From: a bacterium
GTDB taxonomy: Bacteria; Actinomycetota; Acidimicrobiia; Spongiisociales; ZC4RG35
Reading direction: 5' to 3'
Assembly (NCBI GenBank): GCA_028823995.1
Contig: JAPPFD010000009.1
Location: 20,361-84,360, forward strand
DNA length: 64,000 nt
Shown: positions 8,513 through 18,260 of the stretch, in pieces
Position numbering within the stretch: position 1 is the first letter of the stretch
Layout: every line of letters begins with the position of its first letter
Position numbers and translations under genes: made by a program
Notes under the pieces: generated by a model
What the model was told of the DNA's origin: nothing
What the model saw: only the letters and a program-made list of their open reading frames with translations
Databases searched by the model: none

Positions 8513-11434
8513 ATGTTCTTTCCGGTAGGCACCAGCCGCCAACAGCAACCGCCCCGCCGCCGCCGCATGGTCTGGGTATTCACGGGGATCGCCCTCCTCT
8601 ACGGTTTGTTCACCGCCCTGTCCCGGGTCTGGACCGATTACCTGTGGTTCTCCTCTGTGGACCAGACGGGGGTCTGGTGGGTCCGGTGGGTGTGGCTGGC
8701 CGCGCTGGGCCTGTTGGGCGCGATCGTCGTCTTCGTGGTGATCTGGGGGAACATGAGGCTCGCCCGTTACCTGTCGGTGCGTTACGCATCGTTCAGCACC
8801 GTCCCCGAGGACCCGGCCGTGGCGCAGATACGCCAGGCCGTGGGAGCCAGGGTGGGGCTCCTGGAGTGGGCGGCGGCCCTCGGCTCGGCTGTGGTGCTGG
8901 GACTGGGAGTCTCCGCCTGGCGGGACCAGGCGCTGCTCTTTTTGAATTCCGAGCCGTTCGGAGTCACCGATCCCCAGTTCGGTCTGGACCTGGCCTTCTA
9001 CATGTTCCGGCTCCCACTCTGGTCGACGCTGGTGAGTTGGCTGACCGGGGTGGCGATCGCCGCGCTGATCACCGTGGCGCTGAGTTACTTCGCGCTGGGG
9101 GCGGTGAAGTTCCCGGCGCGCCGCCTGCCGAGGTTCGACACCCAGGCCAAGGCGCACCTCTCGGCGCTGGCGGCCGTAATCGCCATCCTTCGGGCGTTCT
9201 CCTACCGGATCGACACCTACCAGTTGATGTACTCGAACAACAACGTGTTCGGCGCCGGATACGCCGACATCAACGCCCGGTTGCCCGCCCTCAACCTGCT
9301 GATCGCCGTGTCGGTCTTCTCCGCCATCCTGTTCGTCATCAACATCTGGCGTCGCGGCTGGGTGCTGGTGGCGGTTTCGGTGGCCGCCTGGGTCTTCGTC
9401 TCCCTGGCGGCCGGCGTTGCCTACCCGGCCATCGTCCAGCGCTTCCAGGTCCAGCCCAACGAACTGGTGCGGGAGGGACCCTACATAGAGCGCAACATCG
9501 CCGCAACCCGCGCGGCCTATGGCCTTGACTCGGTGGACGTGCGGCCTTTCGGAGCCTCTTTCGACCTCACTGCCGCCGACATTGCCCGCAACGCGCCCAC
9601 CGTCGACAACATCCGCCTCTGGGACCCCGACGTCCTCAACCGCACCTACCAGCAACTCCAGGAGATCCGCACCTACTACCGGGTGGACCACGTGGACACC
9701 GACCGGTACCCGATCGGCGGCACGGACACCCAGGTGATGCTGGCGCTTCGCGAGCTGGACGAACCCAACATCCCCGCCCAGGATTGGCAGAACCAAAGGC
9801 TGGTCTACACCCACGGGTTCGGGTCGGTGCTCAGCCCTGCCAACGTGGTGGCGGTTGACGGCCAGCCCGACTTTCTGCTGCGGGACATACCGCCGCAGAC
9901 CACCGAGCCCATCCTGGAGTTGACCGAGCCCCGCATCTATTTCGGGGAGACCTACGAGCGGGATCGTCCGGTGATCGTGCGGTCGGGCGCCCAACCCCAG
10001 GAGATTGACTTCCCCGCCACCGAGGAGGGAGGCGGAGCGGCGGACAACCGCTACAACGACTACGAGGGAGAGGCGGGAGTGGAGATCTCGGGGATACTCC
10101 ACCGCTTGGCCTTCGCCCTCCGCTACGGGGACCTGAACATCCTGATCTCCAGCCAGATCAACCCCGACAGCCGGGTGCTGATGCAGCGCAACATCCAGAG
10201 CCGGGTGGAGGCGGTCGCGCCCTTCCTGGTGGCCGACGCCGATCCCTACCCGGTGGTGCTGGATGGACGGATCATCTGGGTGGTCGACATGTACGCCATA
10301 AGCGAGAACTACCCCTACTCCCAGCCGATCGGGGTGGGGCTGAGAGGCTTCGACACCGCCCGTGTATCCAGCTTCTCCCAACTCCCCATCTCGGGGTTCA
10401 ACTACATAAGGAACTCGGTGAAAGCCACGGTCGACGCCTTCGACGGCACCATCAGTCTGTACGTGGTGGACGAGTCCGACCCGCTGGTGGCCGCCTGGCA
10501 GAGGGTCTACCCGGACCTGTTCACGGATGCGAGCGAGATACCTGAGGGACTCCGGGAGCACTTCCGCTATCCCCAGGACCTGTTCAAGATCCAGAGCGAG
10601 TTGTACCTCGACTACCACATGGTGGACGTGACGCAGTTCTTCCAGCGCAACGACGCCTGGTCGATTCCATCCGATCCCTCCACCATCCGGCGCATCGAGT
10701 TGCTGCGGGGCGACTTGATCGGCGGTCCGGACGGATCCATCGTCCAGTACCTGCGGGAAATGCTCCCCTACTACCTGTTGATGACCCTTCCCGGCGAGGA
10801 AGACACCTCCTACGTGCTGCTCCAGCCCTACAACCCCCTGGAGAAGCCCAACATGTCGGCGTTCCTGATAGCCGACTCCACGCCCGACCGCTACGGACGG
10901 CTCATCGACTACCGGATGCCCGCGGGCTCGCTGGTGGAGGGCACCGGGCAGGTGGGCAACCGGATCGACCAGGACGATGAGATCTCCCAGCAGTTCACTC
11001 TCTGGCGGGGCCAGGGCTCCTCGGTGGTGCTGGGCGACATGCTGGTGGTGCCGATCGGCGAGTCGGTCCTGTACGTGCAGCCCGTGTACCTGGAGGCCGA
11101 GCAGGGAGGACTTCCCGAGTTCCGCCGGGTGGTGGTCGTGCACGGCGACGACATCGAATGGGACGACACCCTTGACGGCGCGCTGGCCAAGATCTTCGGC
11201 TCGGCCGACCTGGCGGCTCCCGCCCCCGACGACGATGTGGATGACCCCGGGGCCGCCCCCGACCCCGACGAGCCTGCGCCGTTGCCGAGGACGGTGAGGG
11301 ACTTGCTGTCGGATGCCTCCGACGCTTTCGACCGGGCGAACGAGGCGCTCCGGTCGGGGGACCTCGCCGAGTACCAGAGGCTCATCGAAGAGGCCGCCCG
11401 ACTGGTGGAGAGGGCCCTGCGCACCACCGGCTGA
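8513..11434 (+). CDS. UPF0182 family membrane protein
   Basis: 973 aa. The N-terminus has several TM helices (WVFTGIALLYGLFTAL..., WVWLAALGLLGAIVVFVVIW...). The large extracytoplasmic domain has the YxRNIxATRxAYGLD-like motif typical of actinobacterial UPF0182 proteins. The acidic Pro/Asp C-terminus is followed by a helical tail. Confidence 0.85.
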   Translation: MFFPVGTSRQQQPPRRRRMVWVFTGIALLYGLFTALSRVWTDYLWFSSVDQTGVWWVRWVWLAALGLLGAIVVFVVIWGNMRLARYLSVRYASFSTVPEDPAVAQIRQAVGARVGLLEWAAALGSAVVLGLGVSAWRDQALLFLNSEPFGVTDPQFGLDLAFYMFRLPLWSTLVSWLTGVAIAALITVALSYFALGAVKFPARRLPRFDTQAKAHLSALAAVIAILRAFSYRIDTYQLMYSNNNVFGAGYADINARLPALNLLIAVSVFSAILFVINIWRRGWVLVAVSVAAWVFVSLAAGVAYPAIVQRFQVQPNELVREGPYIERNIAATRAAYGLDSVDVRPFGASFDLTAADIARNAPTVDNIRLWDPDVLNRTYQQLQEIRTYYRVDHVDTDRYPIGGTDTQVMLALRELDEPNIPAQDWQNQRLVYTHGFGSVLSPANVVAVDGQPDFLLRDIPPQTTEPILELTEPRIYFGETYERDRPVIVRSGAQPQEIDFPATEEGGGAADNRYNDYEGEAGVEISGILHRLAFALRYGDLNILISSQINPDSRVLMQRNIQSRVEAVAPFLVADADPYPVVLDGRIIWVVDMYAISENYPYSQPIGVGLRGFDTARVSSFSQLPISGFNYIRNSVKATVDAFDGTISLYVVDESDPLVAAWQRVYPDLFTDASEIPEGLREHFRYPQDLFKIQSELYLDYHMVDVTQFFQRNDAWSIPSDPSTIRRIELLRGDLIGGPDGSIVQYLREMLPYYLLMTLPGEEDTSYVLLQPYNPLEKPNMSAFLIADSTPDRYGRLIDYRMPAGSLVEGTGQVGNRIDQDDEISQQFTLWRGQGSSVVLGDMLVVPIGESVLYVQPVYLEAEQGGLPEFRRVVVVHGDDIEWDDTLDGALAKIFGSADLAAPAPDDDVDDPGAAPDPDEPAPLPRTVRDLLSDASDAFDRANEALRSGDLAEYQRLIEEAARLVERALRTTG

Positions 11435-11489
11435 GCTCCGATTCGGGGTTGCGAACCTCCGAGCCGGCCTCTATCATCGGCCCACACAC

Positions 11490-11566
<77 letters not shown>

Positions 11567-11591
11567 CGGCCTCTGGTTCAGTTGTGTCATT

Positions 11592-11617
11592 TGACTGGGC
11601 CAGTCAGGCTGTTTTTC
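11592..11617 (+). terminator. intrinsic terminator after tRNA-fMet
   Basis: Stem TGACTG/CAGTCA with loop GGC, followed by GCTGTTTTT. Confidence 0.5.
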
Positions 11618-11830
11618 GTCTCTTATTGCCTGTGTTGGGGGGTTTCTGCTGCCTGCCGGGGTGTTTGTGGAGGTCTGGGAGTGCGCCTAGAGGTCGGGGG
11701 TACCGGTCCGGGTTTTCCCGGGCGCGCGAAAGTCGACAGTAGGGGGGGTTAATGTCGGCGCTGCGGGTGCGGCGATGTGTCTAGGGCTCGGCAGATGTTT
11801 GGCCTAGAGGAATGAGCCTAAAAGGAAGAC

Positions 11831-11858
11831 ACCTCCCCCGGGCGCAGCGGGTCCGGGG
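11831..11858 (-). terminator. possible intrinsic terminator after typA
   Basis: On the minus strand, a CCCCGG/CCGGGG stem with an 11-nt loop sits just 3' of the typA stop, followed by a CTTCCTTTT tract. Confidence 0.35.
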
Positions 11859-11862
11859 TGAC

Positions 11863-13806
11863 TTATCCCTCGCGCCGGTTGTGCTGAAGGCGTTTCCTGT
11901 TGCGGGCGCGGGTTCCGGCGTCGAGAGTTGCTTTCCGGAGGCGAATGGCATGCGGGGTGACCTCAACGCACTCGTCATCTGAGATGAATTCGAGAGCCTG
12001 CTCAAGGGACAAGATGCGGGGCGGGGTCAGACGAACCGTGTTGTCGGAGCCGCCGGCGCGGACGTTGGTCAGCTTCTTCTCCCGGCAGATGTTGACGTCC
12101 ATGTCCTCGGGACGCGGGTTTTCGCCGATGACCATGCCTTCATATACCTCATCGCCCGGGGCGACAAACAACGAGGCCCGGTCCTGTAAGGCGGCTATGG
12201 CGTAACCGGTGACAACACCTTGGCGGTCGGCGACAATCGAACCTGAATGCCGGGTCCGAAGCTCGCCCAACCACGGGGTGTGGCCCTCGAACACGTTGGC
12301 CACGAGGCCGGTTCCTTGAGTCTCGGTGAGGAATGCGGTACGGAAGCCGATCAGGCCCCGGGCCGCCACCACGTAGTCCAACCGGACCCAACCGGCGCCG
12401 TGGTTCGACATGTTCACCAGGTTGGCTTTACGCTCACCCAGGAGTTGGATTACCGCGCCGACGAAGTTCTCGGGGATGTCAACGGTGAGGCGCTCGGTTG
12501 GCTCGTGGAGTCTTCCGTCGATGACGCGGGTCACAACATTGGGCTTGCCAACGGTCGTCTCGAATCCCTCGCGACGCATCATTTCCACCAACACTGCAAG
12601 CTGCAGCTCGCCTCGCCCCTGAATTTGCCAGGTGTCGGGACGGTCGGTGTCAAATACCCGGATCGACACGTTGCCCACCAGTTCGGCATCCAGGCGACTC
12701 TTGATGAGGCGGGCGGTGACCTTATCGCCGGCGAGTCCCACCATGGGAGACGTGTTGGTTCCGATCGTGATCGAGAGGCTTGGTTCATCCACCCGGATAA
12801 TCGGAAGGGGAATGGGGTTGACGAGATCGGCGATCGTCTCGCCGATGGTGATGTCGGGGATGCCGGAAATGGCGATAATCTCGCCGGCGCCGGCTTCGTC
12901 GGCGTCTACCCGGTCGAGACTCTCGGTGACATAGAGATCGGTGACCCTGGCCGTCGTCATAGTTCCGTCAGTACGGCACCAGGCCACGTTCTGGCCCCTC
13001 TTCATGGTTCCGTGCATGACGCGACACATCGCGATGCGGCCGACGTATGGGCTGGAATCAAGGTTGGTGACCCAGGCTTGGAGGGGATGCTCGGGGTCAT
13101 GCCGGGGCGTGTTGACGGTCTCGATCAGTGTTTCGAACATGGGGCGGAGGTCGGTGCCCGCCTGGAGGGGATCGAGTGTTGCAGTACCTCGACGAGCGTT
13201 TGTGTAAACGATTGGGAAGTTGATCTGATCCTCGGTTGCGTCGAGGTCCAAGAACAGTTCGTACACTTCGTCCACGACTTCGGAGATGCGGGCGTCAGGG
13301 CGATCGATCTTGTTGATCACCAACACCACAGGTAACTTGAGCGCCAGAGCCTTACGGAGGACGAAGCGGGTCTGTGGCAGCGGTCCCTCGCTCGAGTCAA
13401 CCAGGAGGAGGACACCGTCGACCATCGTCAAGGCTCGCTCGACCTCGCCGCCGAAGTCGGAATGGCCCGGCGTATCGACAATGTTGATCTTGATCTCTTC
13501 GCCGCTGTCGCGCACATAGCGAACCGCGGTGTTCTTGGCGAGGATCGTGATGCCCTTTTCCCTCTCCAGGTCCATCGAATCCATGACCCGCTCGGCCACC
13601 GTTTCATTGGATCGAAAGGCGCCGGACTCCCATAGCATGGCGTCGACGAGGGTGGTTTTGCCGTGGTCGACATGAGCGATGATCGCTACATTGCGCAAGT
13701 CTGAGCGCGCTACCAGATGTGGGGATGGAGACACTTTGAGCCTTGTGGGGAGAGGGTGCCGCCCGAGGGATGGTTTGGGAAGCCTATGTCCGCAGACGCG
13801 GGACAA
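11863..13806 (-). CDS. typA: translational GTPase TypA/BipA
   Basis: The sequence [18 protein letters not shown]...[17 protein letters not shown]... is colinear with BipA throughout. The first ~30 aa of the ORF are probably upstream of the real start, which lies near 13700-13735. Confidence 0.9.
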   Translation of the reverse strand: MSRVCGHRLPKPSLGRHPLPTRLKVSPSPHLVARSDLRNVAIIAHVDHGKTTLVDAMLWESGAFRSNETVAERVMDSMDLEREKGITILAKNTAVRYVRDSGEEIKINIVDTPGHSDFGGEVERALTMVDGVLLLVDSSEGPLPQTRFVLRKALALKLPVVLVINKIDRPDARISEVVDEVYELFLDLDATEDQINFPIVYTNARRGTATLDPLQAGTDLRPMFETLIETVNTPRHDPEHPLQAWVTNLDSSPYVGRIAMCRVMHGTMKRGQNVAWCRTDGTMTTARVTDLYVTESLDRVDADEAGAGEIIAISGIPDITIGETIADLVNPIPLPIIRVDEPSLSITIGTNTSPMVGLAGDKVTARLIKSRLDAELVGNVSIRVFDTDRPDTWQIQGRGELQLAVLVEMMRREGFETTVGKPNVVTRVIDGRLHEPTERLTVDIPENFVGAVIQLLGERKANLVNMSNHGAGWVRLDYVVAARGLIGFRTAFLTETQGTGLVANVFEGHTPWLGELRTRHSGSIVADRQGVVTGYAIAALQDRASLFVAPGDEVYEGMVIGENPRPEDMDVNICREKKLTNVRAGGSDNTVRLTPPRILSLEQALEFISDDECVEVTPHAIRLRKATLDAGTRARNRKRLQHNRREG

Positions 13807-13934
13807 CGTTTCTTGGAATCGGGTGGTCCAAACTAGCTTACCGGATGCGGAGAGCCCAGTGGAAACCGGATCCCCTGCAGCGGCGGGGAGAACCCATCCT
13901 TACGTCGGCACTCGCCACCCCCCCTTCAGGATCG

Positions 13935-14105
13935 CTACTCGGAGTCGCCGACCCGTGACTTGAGCGCCTCGAGAATTTCCTCGGTGTTATAGAAAAAGAC
14001 CGTCCGGCCGGCAGCGTAATCACCTGTTGGATCGTGGATAACTCCCATATAGGCGTCCAGTTCGGCCAGGGTGATTGCCTCAGGGTCAGTTGTGGAACCT
14101 GACAT
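13935..14105 (-). CDS. small hypothetical protein (56 aa)
   Basis: The ATG at 14103-14105 is preceded by a strong SD (GGAGAGGAGG, ~5 nt spacing). The product is MSGSTTDPEAITLAELDAYMGVIHDPTGDYAAGRTVFFYNTEEILEALKSRVGDSE. The longer start in the ORF track is unlikely. Confidence 0.45.
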   Translation of the reverse strand: MSGSTTDPEAITLAELDAYMGVIHDPTGDYAAGRTVFFYNTEEILEALKSRVGDSE

Positions 14106-14182
14106 GGCAGCCTCCTCTCCATGCGCTCTCGGTGGCCGTGGGACCACCAACCGGGCCTTGACGCTCCGGTACGCTTGCAGCC

Positions 14183-14728
14183 ATGACCGACGGGCCGATG
14201 GCTAACAGCTACTGGGTTGTCCCGGGCCGTTTCGCGGCAGGCGAGTATCCGGGCCACCCGAACCCTCGGATCGCCGCCGCCAGGTTGAGAACTCTGCTCG
14301 GAGCGGGCATAGATCACTTCATCGACCTGACCACGGAGAGGGACTGGCTGGAGCCCTACGCGGAGATGGCGGTGCGGGAAGGCCGGCGGCTCGGCAGGAG
14401 GGTGGTCCATGAGCGGCATCCCATAGTCGACATGAGGGTGCCCCGCAGTCCGCGGGTGGCGGCGGGCGTCCTCGACGCAGTGGACGCGGCGTTGGATGAC
14501 GGCAGGAGTGTCTACCTGCACTGCTGGGGCGGCGTGGGTAGGACCGGCACGATGGTCGGATGCTGGCTGGTCCGCCACGGCAAGACCGGAGATGAGGCCC
14601 TGGCACAGGTGGCGGAGTGGTGGCGGGGAGTAGACAAGGCGTACCGCCTCCCCAACTCGCCCCAGACCCCCGAGCAGTGCGCGTACGTCCGCAACTGGAC
14701 CGAACCGGCCGGATTTCACCGGGAATGA
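14183..14728 (+). CDS. dual-specificity / protein-tyrosine phosphatase family protein
   Basis: CX5R P-loop VYLHCWGGVGRTGTMVGCWLV. The stop overlaps the next gene start (ATGA at 14725-14728). Confidence 0.75.
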   Translation: MTDGPMANSYWVVPGRFAAGEYPGHPNPRIAAARLRTLLGAGIDHFIDLTTERDWLEPYAEMAVREGRRLGRRVVHERHPIVDMRVPRSPRVAAGVLDAVDAALDDGRSVYLHCWGGVGRTGTMVGCWLVRHGKTGDEALAQVAEWWRGVDKAYRLPNSPQTPEQCAYVRNWTEPAGFHRE

Positions 14729-16215
14729 GGGAGCCGGGAAGGAAGCGTCGGCACGACCTCGACGCGCTGAGGGGGTTCGCCATGTTGCTGGGGGTGGGGC
14801 TGCACGCTGCGTTGGCCTTCTTCCCGGCGCCGTGGTGGGTGCAGGACCGGACCTCGAGCTTCGACGGCCCCTACGACGAGTTCCTGTGGGCGGTGCACGG
14901 GTTCCGCATGCCGGTGTTCTTCCTGATGAGCGGGTTCTTCACCGCCCTGCTGTGGCGGCGGCGCGGGCTGCGGTCGCTCCTCGGCCACCGACTGCGGCGG
15001 GTGGCCCTGCCGCTCCTGATCGGCCTGGTGACCCTGGTGCCGGCGGTGGACTGGGTGGGTGAGAGGGCCGTGGTCGCCCAGGCGGAGCCGCTGGTGGAGT
15101 CCGGGGACATCATCGGGTTGGTGTTCGTCGGAGACATTGAAGGGGTGGAGGGGTTGCTGGACCGGGGCGTGGACATCGAGACGCGGACCGAGCCCGGCGG
15201 GTGGACCTCCCTCCATGCCGCCGCGTTCACCGGCAACGCCGAGATGGTGGAGTTGCTCATATCCAGGGGGGCGAAGCCGGCGGTCACCGCCGACGCCTCC
15301 GATGGGGAGACGCCCCTGGGACTTGCCTTCCACTTCGGCCACGAGGAGGCCACCGATCTGCTGGTTGCCCACGAGGGGAGGGATCCCCTTCCCGAGTCGA
15401 TGGAGTGGTCGGACATCCCCGGCTGGGCGGAGGGCGCGGAGGACCCCGAGGAGGACCGGCTGACCCAGATCGAGCACCTCCATCACCTCTGGTTCCTGTG
15501 GTTCCTCCTGTGGCTGGTGGCGGGATTCGCGGTGGTGGCGGCGATCGCCGATCGGCGGGAACCCGGCCGGGGGGTGTGGCCGGGGAGGGTCATGTGGCTG
15601 ATGATCCCATTGACCCTCATCCCGCAGTTGGAGATGGGCGGCGGAGGGTCCTATCCCATCTTCGGGTCGGACACCTCCGACGCGCTCCTGCCCCTTCCCC
15701 ACGTGCTGGCCTACTACGCCACGTTTTTCACGTTCGGAGCGCTGATGTACGGCCGCCGGAACCGGAAGGGAAACCTCCTGGTCGAAACCATCGGCAGGCC
15801 CTGGTGGCTGGTTCTCTCCGTCTCGTTCCTGGTTGTGCTGCCCTTCGGGCTGCATTTCACCTTCGTGGAGTTCCAGTGGCAGGTGGCGTCCGTCTTGCAG
15901 GTGCTCTACGCCTGGGGCATGTGCTTCGGCCTGATGGGGCTGTTCCGGGTGTTGCTGCCCCGGGAACGCCGGGGGATCCGGTATTTGTCCGACTCCGCCT
16001 ATTGGGTCTACCTGGTGCATCTCCCCCTGGTTGTGGCCGCCCAGATGTTGGTCTTCGATTGGGACCTCTTCGCCGGAGTCAAGTTCCTCCTGATCTGTGG
16101 GGTGGTGACGGCCGTCTCTCTCCTCTCCTATCAGGCGTTCGTCCGCTACACGCCGATAGGAGCCATGCTGAACGGAAAGAAGGTCCGTACCGCCCGGTCC
16201 GGAGCCTCTGGCTAG
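14725..16215 (+). CDS. acyltransferase family 3 (OpgC/OafA-like) membrane protein with inserted ankyrin repeats
   Basis: The N-terminus LDALRGFAMLLGVGLHAALAF... and multiple TM helices fit acyltransferase_3. An insert of ~130 aa contains two or three ANK repeats (GWTSLHAAAFTGNAEMVELLISRGAKP; DGETPLGLAFHFGHEEATDLLVAHEG). Confidence 0.75.
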   Translation: MREPGRKRRHDLDALRGFAMLLGVGLHAALAFFPAPWWVQDRTSSFDGPYDEFLWAVHGFRMPVFFLMSGFFTALLWRRRGLRSLLGHRLRRVALPLLIGLVTLVPAVDWVGERAVVAQAEPLVESGDIIGLVFVGDIEGVEGLLDRGVDIETRTEPGGWTSLHAAAFTGNAEMVELLISRGAKPAVTADASDGETPLGLAFHFGHEEATDLLVAHEGRDPLPESMEWSDIPGWAEGAEDPEEDRLTQIEHLHHLWFLWFLLWLVAGFAVVAAIADRREPGRGVWPGRVMWLMIPLTLIPQLEMGGGGSYPIFGSDTSDALLPLPHVLAYYATFFTFGALMYGRRNRKGNLLVETIGRPWWLVLSVSFLVVLPFGLHFTFVEFQWQVASVLQVLYAWGMCFGLMGLFRVLLPRERRGIRYLSDSAYWVYLVHLPLVVAAQMLVFDWDLFAGVKFLLICGVVTAVSLLSYQAFVRYTPIGAMLNGKKVRTARSGASG

Positions 16216-16327
16216 AAGAAAGCCCTGAGGGGCGACGCAGACGAAAAATACATGCCGTTGGTAGGTTGGATTTACTCCGGGACGGTTGGTTTTTTCTCCT
16301 GGTTGAGGATGATGAGAGATGATTTCG

Positions 16328-16419
16328 TCCAAATGATGTAGGATCAATCTTCCGAATAATGTAGGATAGAACCTCCAAATAATGTAGGATAAGCTTTCCG
16401 AATAATGTAGGATAGATCT
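16328..16419. repeat. four tandem 23-bp AT-rich direct repeats (TCCRAATRATGTAGGATNNNNNN)
   Basis: The units are tccaaatgatgtaggatcaatct, tccgaataatgtaggatagaacc, tccaaataatgtaggataagctt and tccgaataatgtaggatagatct. They occupy -124 to -33 relative to the ATG of the DUF4143 ATPase gene. GC is ~35% against a ~68% background. Confidence 0.9.
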
Positions 16420-16451
16420 CGTCTCCTATTGGGGAACCAGTTCCTTAAGCC

Positions 16452-17738
16452 ATGTATCCGACAAGTTCTTCACCTCTGCCGACTTATCGTGATCGGGTCG
16501 TCGACCATGAAATACCGGCTGTCCTAAAAGCGGCGCGGGCCGTCCTCATCGAAGGTCCCAAGGCATGCGGCAAAACCTGGACCGGACAGCGTTTCGCTCG
16601 AAGCGAGGTGTTCTTGGAGGAACGTCCCGACCTCTGGGGGATAGCGACCCAGGCCACGGGGTTGTTGCTCGACGGCGCAACTCCCCGTCTCCTCGACGAG
16701 TGGCAAAGGGTTCCCGATCTCTGGCACCTGGTGCGGGCCGCATGCGATCGACGGGGACTGCCGGGGCAGTTCATTCTCACCGGTTCCGCGGTCCCCACCG
16801 ATGAATTGACCCGACACTCCGGAGCGGGACGTATCAGCCGTGTTCGGATGCGTCCGATGTCGCTCTACGAAATGGGGCTTTCCGCCGGAGAGGTGTCCGT
16901 GGGCGAGATGCTTGAGGGCTTCGAGACCTGGGAGTGCCCTGTGGTTGAGGCGTCTTTGGACGTGCCGGAGTTGGTGGCCGCCGCCTGCCGGGGCGGCTGG
17001 CCTCAATTTATCGATTTTCCCCTGGAGGACGCCATGAGGCAAGTCCGCAGCTATGTAGACAACATATGCCGCGTGGATGTGTCAGTTGTGGACGGTGTCC
17101 GGAGGAGTCCCGAAAGGGTGATGCGTCTGATGCAGTCGTTGGCGCGCAACGTCGCCAATCATGTCGGATTCGACAAGCTCGCCCAGGAGACCGAGGGGCA
17201 AACTCCGCTCAACCGTGGCACGGTCAGGACCTACATGGAGACATTGAGTCGACTGTTCGTGGTGGAGGATCTGCCCGCCTGGAATGTCCATCTTCGGTCG
17301 AGAGGACGTCTACTCAAGGCGCCGAAACGTCATTTCGTGGATCCCTCCCTGGCTCCGGCTGCATTGGGAGTGGGCCCTCGAAGATACTTAGAGGACCTGA
17401 ATGCCTTCGGGTTCCTTCTCGAGTCGATGGCGGTGCGCGACTTGCGCGTCTACGCCCAGGCTCACGACGCCTCGGTCTATTACTACCGGGACTACGGCGG
17501 CTTGGAGGTAGACGCGGTGATCGAGGCTCGGGACGGGCGCTGGATCGCGGCCGAGGTCAAACTGGGCGGGTCCGAGGCCATCGACCAGGGGGCGGCGGCC
17601 TTGCTGAAGTTGCGGGATCGGGTTACCGAACGACGGGCTGCCCGTCTTGCCCGGTTGCTGGTCATAACCGGAGGCCGGTACAGCTACGTCCGTCCTGACG
17701 GGGTGGCGGTGGTTCCACTGGCGGTGCTGGGCCCGTAA
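16452..17738 (+). CDS. AAA-family ATPase with DUF4143 C-terminal domain (COG1373-like)
   Basis: Walker A LIEGPKACGKTW with the layout typical of the 'ATP-binding protein' AAA_14/DUF4143 family. Confidence 0.8.
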   Translation: MYPTSSSPLPTYRDRVVDHEIPAVLKAARAVLIEGPKACGKTWTGQRFARSEVFLEERPDLWGIATQATGLLLDGATPRLLDEWQRVPDLWHLVRAACDRRGLPGQFILTGSAVPTDELTRHSGAGRISRVRMRPMSLYEMGLSAGEVSVGEMLEGFETWECPVVEASLDVPELVAAACRGGWPQFIDFPLEDAMRQVRSYVDNICRVDVSVVDGVRRSPERVMRLMQSLARNVANHVGFDKLAQETEGQTPLNRGTVRTYMETLSRLFVVEDLPAWNVHLRSRGRLLKAPKRHFVDPSLAPAALGVGPRRYLEDLNAFGFLLESMAVRDLRVYAQAHDASVYYYRDYGGLEVDAVIEARDGRWIAAEVKLGGSEAIDQGAAALLKLRDRVTERRAARLARLLVITGGRYSYVRPDGVAVVPLAVLGP

Positions 17739-17756
17739 CCGGCTCCGCCGGTCAGA

Positions 17757-18164
17757 TCACCAGACCGGTTCTATGTCCAGGTCGGCCAGGAGGCCCCGCA
17801 CCCGGTGTTCGAGGTCGTCGCGGATGGGACGGATCTCCCCCAGTGTCCGACCGGCAGGGTCGTCCACCTCCCAGTCGAGATAGCGCTTGGCGGGATAGAC
17901 GGGGCAGGCGTCGCCGCACCCCATGGTCACCACCACGTCGGCGGCCCGGACGATCTCGTCCGACCACGGCCGGGGCATTTCTCCCCTGATGTCGATGCCC
18001 TTCTCCAGCATGGCCTGGGCGGCGGCGGGGTTGATTTCCTGGGCGGGCTCCGACCCGCCGCTGAACACCTCGACCCTTCCTCCGGCCAGCAACCGCATGA
18101 ACCCGGCCGCCATCTGTGACCTTCCGGCGTTGTGCAGACAAAGGAATAGGACGGTGGGGTTCAA
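17757..18164 (-). CDS. arsC: arsenate reductase / LMW protein-tyrosine phosphatase family (thioredoxin-coupled ArsC type)
   Basis: The P-loop CLHNAGRS (Cys10) plus TMGCGDACP (Cys82/Cys89) form the catalytic triad of Bacillus-type ArsC. There is no arsR, arsB or acr3 neighbour. Confidence 0.75.
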   Translation of the reverse strand: MNPTVLFLCLHNAGRSQMAAGFMRLLAGGRVEVFSGGSEPAQEINPAAAQAMLEKGIDIRGEMPRPWSDEIVRAADVVVTMGCGDACPVYPAKRYLDWEVDDPAGRTLGEIRPIRDDLEHRVRGLLADLDIEPVW

Positions 18165-18260
18165 CGGAGTGTGGGAAGGAATCGCGGCCCCATGGTATCA
18201 CTTTTGGTGCCAGACGCCTCTCCAATATGATTCGAAAACAGGAGGAATGAAAAGTAGCGG

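Noticed and set aside
8408-11143. 911-aa ORF antisense to the UPF0182 gene, and similar long antisense/overlapping ORFs (e.g. 5982..7730 +, 12247..13335 +, 14716..16347 -, 34564..36807 +, 41871..43649 -, 45072..46532 -, 62845..63915 -)
   Set aside because: Their translations are low-complexity, rich in Arg/Gly/Pro/His with no motifs. They lie opposite genes that have clear family signatures. This is the expected stop-codon-poor antisense artefact of a ~68% GC genome.
16328-16419. Tandem repeats considered as a CRISPR array
   Set aside because: The four 23-bp units abut each other with no intervening spacers. They are AT-rich degenerate copies, and no cas genes are nearby. They are iteron-like, not CRISPR.
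17757-18164. Arsenic-resistance operon
   Set aside because: Only an ArsC/LMW-PTP-type gene is present. No arsR, arsB/acr3 or arsA is adjacent, so it may equally be a generic LMW phosphatase.
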